A DNA stretch of 64,000 bases from Octopus bimaculoides (taxonomy: Eukaryota): assembly GCF_001194135.2 (NCBI RefSeq), contig NC_068982.1, positions 14,351,858 through 14,415,857 on the forward strand. The letters run 5' to 3'. The notes beneath the pieces were generated by a model, which ran no database searches, was not told where the DNA came from, and was given only the letters and a program-made list of their open reading frames with translations. Position numbers and translations under genes: made by a program. Positions 60,491-64,000 of the stretch are shown here, piece by piece; position 1 is the first letter of the stretch; each line of letters begins with the position of its first letter.

Positions 60491-61531
60491 CATACATACA
60501 TACATGCATACATACATACATACATACATATATGTGTGTATAATGTTATTATTAGAATCCATTTTTATTTTGTTATTGTATATTACTGCATTAAGTAGAG
60601 GAATATGAGTTGAAATTGTTGAATAATTTCAGAGGCTCATTAATTCATTGGTCAAACAATTGTAGCACAGAAAATGCATTATACAAGAATCAATTTTTCA
60701 TATAATAAAAGCTGAATGTATTTTTAATATTCTATTATGCATCAACAAAGAATTATAGAATATATAAATATTCTAATATGTGGAAGTTCCATATTAAAAA
60801 TAATGACATGGGACTTTATTTCAAATCTGTAACTAAACAAAATTTTGAAACTACACAAGAAGAAGCAAAAAAAATGACGTCTGTGTGGTAAGAAGTTTAC
60901 TTCCTAAATACACAGTTCTAGGTTCAGCCCCATTGTGTAGCATCCAGGGAAAGTGTCTTTGTGAGTGGAATTGGTAGGTAAAAACTGAAAATTTGAACTC
61001 AGAACGCCAGTAATCATTTTACCCAGTGTGCTAATAACTCTGCCAGCTTGTCAACTGGTGAAAGTATATCAACTGATGTACCCAAGTACTCGACACGACA
61101 GTTTTAGTAAACGTTTGAATTCATGACAATGTAGGCAATATTTCAATACCCTAACCTTGCATCCAATCTACCACTCCTTTTTGTTGAAAAGAACATCAGT
61201 TATATACAGTGGCGTTTTTCATATTTGATTTCAATTGTTCTGCTACCAGAGAACATTAATGACGATAGCTTTATGTTTTTCATGTTAAGGTAAATTTAGA
61301 TCTAGATTTTAAATGAATAAAAAGTAATTAATTATCTCTATTGTGAAGTAAACATATTGCAGACACAAGTTTTATATAGAATTGTATGATTAGTGTTCTT
61401 TTCTTTTGTAGAGCTTAGTGACTTGATTAAAATCTTCAAAGACATCAATGTTGATTATATTTCAGGAAAGTTACACAGATACTTCTGCCAATTATTATCA
61501 TAGTCATTAGCTTCATATTCACTAATGTCAT

Positions 61532-61587
<56 letters not shown>

Positions 61588-62329
61588 GCTGTTGTTGGTA
61601 TTGTTACATTTCTTTCTTATGGATAGATACTGAACAGATTTTTTTTAATATCATAACGTAATTGTTGCAGTAATTATTATTGTTTCTTTATGAAGTACTG
61701 AAGCTAGCATTATATCTATTCTATAATATCAGGGACCCATTCTCACTGAAACGACACACTGCTTTATCAAAAGCCATGATTTCTTTCAACAAATACAGGG
61801 GCAGTAAATTGCCATGGTTACGCCTTATCAGTAGGTTGTTGGAAGTTTCTTGAAGATCTAGAATGGAAGTGCTGGTCTTTAGAAAGAACCATCTAACTTC
61901 TGAAATCCTCCCCAAACCAGATCTTCAACTACCATTTGAGGGGAAAAAGTGAGAATTCAGATAGTTTGTATACAGTCAAATTTATACAGCAGAACATCTG
62001 TATATTACATTTAAGGGTTTTTTTCCATTACTTTTTATACAGCTTTCACAGCTTATCAAACCTCTTCTACTTCTGTGAAGGTAAATTCAACTGATATCAC
62101 TTTTTGGGTGCAGTACACCATTTATAGTTAGAATTTTGTAATAAATGAAAAGAGATATCAGAAAAGCTTCTCACAAGTAAGTCTATATTTTGGGCTGCCC
62201 CTCCAGCTATCCAGAATGGCAGGATCTATGTAAAGACATATTTCTTTGGCTGTATTCTTCCAAAGATAGACCTTTGTGCCTACTCCAAAGACATTTTTAA
62301 AGCTTTCTGCATTGTTACAAGATTTCCTT

Positions 62330-62895
62330 ATTTCTCATTTCATTAATTATTCTACTTCTGCACTACAATGCTTCACGCAAACCACAACGCTCTTCTTGCA
62401 TCTGGTCTTAGCATCATCCCCTTAATTTTCTAATTACTCAATTTGATAAGCTCAGCCCTGTGCCTCAGTGTCGCAATTATCTCTGTGTTTATAGTCATAA
62501 TATCGTTTTCCTATTTAATTTGCCTTTTAACACCCAATTCAACCTTCTAAAATATTTTTTTATTAAATACCATTTCTATTTCCTTTTCCTTCATCCTATC
62601 TATTTCCAAAATATATAATCATTTGTACCCACTGATCTCTATGTATTTCCTCACCTGCCCAACCAGAAACACTTTCCTATCAGACGTTGCAACTTTATCT
62701 CTTCATAAAAATCAACAAAACCCACTTCTTAATGTAAAAAAAACTCTAATCCTATATCTTCACTGAATATATGAACTGTGTTTGCTAGTGCAGCTATTCT
62801 GATATTTACTCTTTCCATGCATCTTAATATCATCCATTAACAGTAGATGGCTTACTTTATGCAGATTTTTTTTCCTTAAGCCATACCCAAACCAT
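62330..62895 (-). pseudogene. Decayed R4/Dong reverse transcriptase fragment
   Basis: GYGLRKKNLHKVSHLLLMDDIKMHGK (catalytic xMDD), LANTVHIFSEDIGLEF, YK*LYILEIDRMKEKEI, RRLNWVLKGKLNR..IMTINT; stops and frameshifts; same motif order as R4/Dong RT. Confidence 0.8.
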
Positions 62896-62933
62896 GAAAT
62901 TGTAAGAATGTATAGGAAAAAATATGAAATGTA

Positions 62934-63145
62934 CAGGGTTGGCCAGAAGTCACCTGACAGTAAATCAAAATTCCATAAATACTATCTGTAATTCTGTATT
63001 GACTCAAATGGGAAAATGTGTCGCTCAAGAAGGATTTCAGTTTCATATCTAGATGCTTTCATTAAATTCATTCAATCGTTAAACATAAATAAATCTTGGA
63101 ATTAAATAATTTTGATTTACTGTCAGGTGACTTTTGGCCAACCTT
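62934..63145. mobile_element. mariner-type MITE
   Basis: TA|CAGGGTTGGCCAGAAGTCACCTGACAGTAAATCAAAATT ... AATTTTGATTTACTGTCAGGTGACTTTTGGCCAACCTT|TA. Confidence 0.85.
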
Positions 63146-63371
63146 TATTATCATCATCATCATCATCATTATCATCATCATTTTATGTTTAACTTTTGCT
63201 TTGCATTTGTAGAAGTTGGCACCAAGTCTCACCCAGAGACCTCAAGAGACAACAAGTTAGAAGTTCATGTTGGTGTTATGCCTAGGGTGTCATATATTTG
63301 GCTTTTTACATAATGTTGTTCTAGAGAATGTTTAAGAAACCATAAGTGACCATCATTATTATTATTATTTT

Positions 63372-63566
63372 GCACACCGGGCAAAATGCTCAGTGGCATT
63401 TTGTCTGCCGTTATGTTCTGAGTTCAAATTCTACCAAAGTCGACTTCGCAATTCATCCTGTCAGGGTCAACAAAATAAGCACCAGTCGTGCACTGGAGTT
63501 GATGTAATCAACTAGTGTCCCTCCCACAAATTTCAGGCCTTTTGCCTATAGTAGAAAGGATTATTG

Positions 63567-63600
<34 letters not shown>
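63372..63600 (+). mobile_element. SINE family B with (ATT)n tail
   Basis: Core and tail homology. Confidence 0.75.
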
Positions 63601-63601
<1 letters not shown>

Positions 63602-63729
63602 CAGTAGTTTTATTTTTATAACGTGCTTTCACTTCACTACCGAGCACAGCTCTGTGCGCCTTGGGTATGTGCTGTGGTTTGCTGTGATGCTCTTATGGTT
63701 ACTGTATTGAAAAAGTTTTACGTAGGATG
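63601..63729 (-). mobile_element. R4/Dong extreme 3' end, 5'-truncated
   Basis: ILRKTFSIQ-stop plus a 3' UTR nearly identical to 2941-3065. Confidence 0.85.
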
Positions 63730-63730
63730 C

Positions 63731-64000
63731 CTAGTCACCTACCGCTCCGGCAGACACTCTAGCCAAATCGACTACATCCTCGCCATAAATAGGGAAAGAG
63801 GGCGGCTTATAAATGCCAAAACCTACCCTGGCGAAGAATGTACCCCACAACATAGATTAGTAGTTAGCGACTTTGGGATCAAGGCAAAATGGGTGCCCAG
63901 AATTAGACAGGCTTGGAGAAGAAGGGTGTGGAAGCTTAAAGACCCTGCAAACGGACAGAGACTTAGAGACAAGTTACTTGAAGCATTTAACGAAATAGAA
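63731..64000 (+). mobile_element. RTE-clade LINE APE endonuclease C-terminal part, open to window end
   Basis: 90 open codons: LVTYRSGRHSSQIDYILAINRERGRLINAKTYPGEECTPQHRLVVSDFGIK...; QIDY and PQHRLVV are RTE APE motifs; missing from the ORF track because it has no start or stop. Confidence 0.85.

Overview
AT-rich, repeat-dense animal genomic DNA from a gapped assembly (14 N-runs). The SINE, MITE and LINE families look like octopus (coleoid cephalopod) repeats; this is recognition from memory, not a database result. No intact protein-coding gene is supportable. Almost all ORF-track entries are microsatellite, N-run or SINE artefacts. Real coding signal is limited to decayed transposon fragments: R4/Dong RT, zinc knuckle and RLE; RTE APE and C-terminus; an L1/Tx1 C-terminus; a Penelope-like GIY-YIG; and several Tc1/mariner transposases. 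At least four SINE or LINE-tail families occur in dozens of copies, with MITEs and solo LTRs. The most interesting signals are: (i) five short (TA)n/(AAT)n-flanked elements with minimal hammerhead ribozyme cores, two canonical (CUGAUGA) and three from one family sharing a non-canonical U at core position 6; (ii) a 3-kb island at 24.2-27.2 kb with a Penelope-like endonuclease remnant, a tRNA-Thr(UGU)-like cloverleaf inside a tandem-plus-inverted repeat, a fold-back hairpin and a solo LTR; (iii) microsatellite-associated LINE insertions, Tx1-like in (GATA)n and Dong-like in (TAA)n; (iv) a candidate 6-nt microexon and a small candidate exon on the minus strand, hinting at a large-intron host gene. 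Repeat boundaries are by eye and approximate to about 10-20 bp unless stated.
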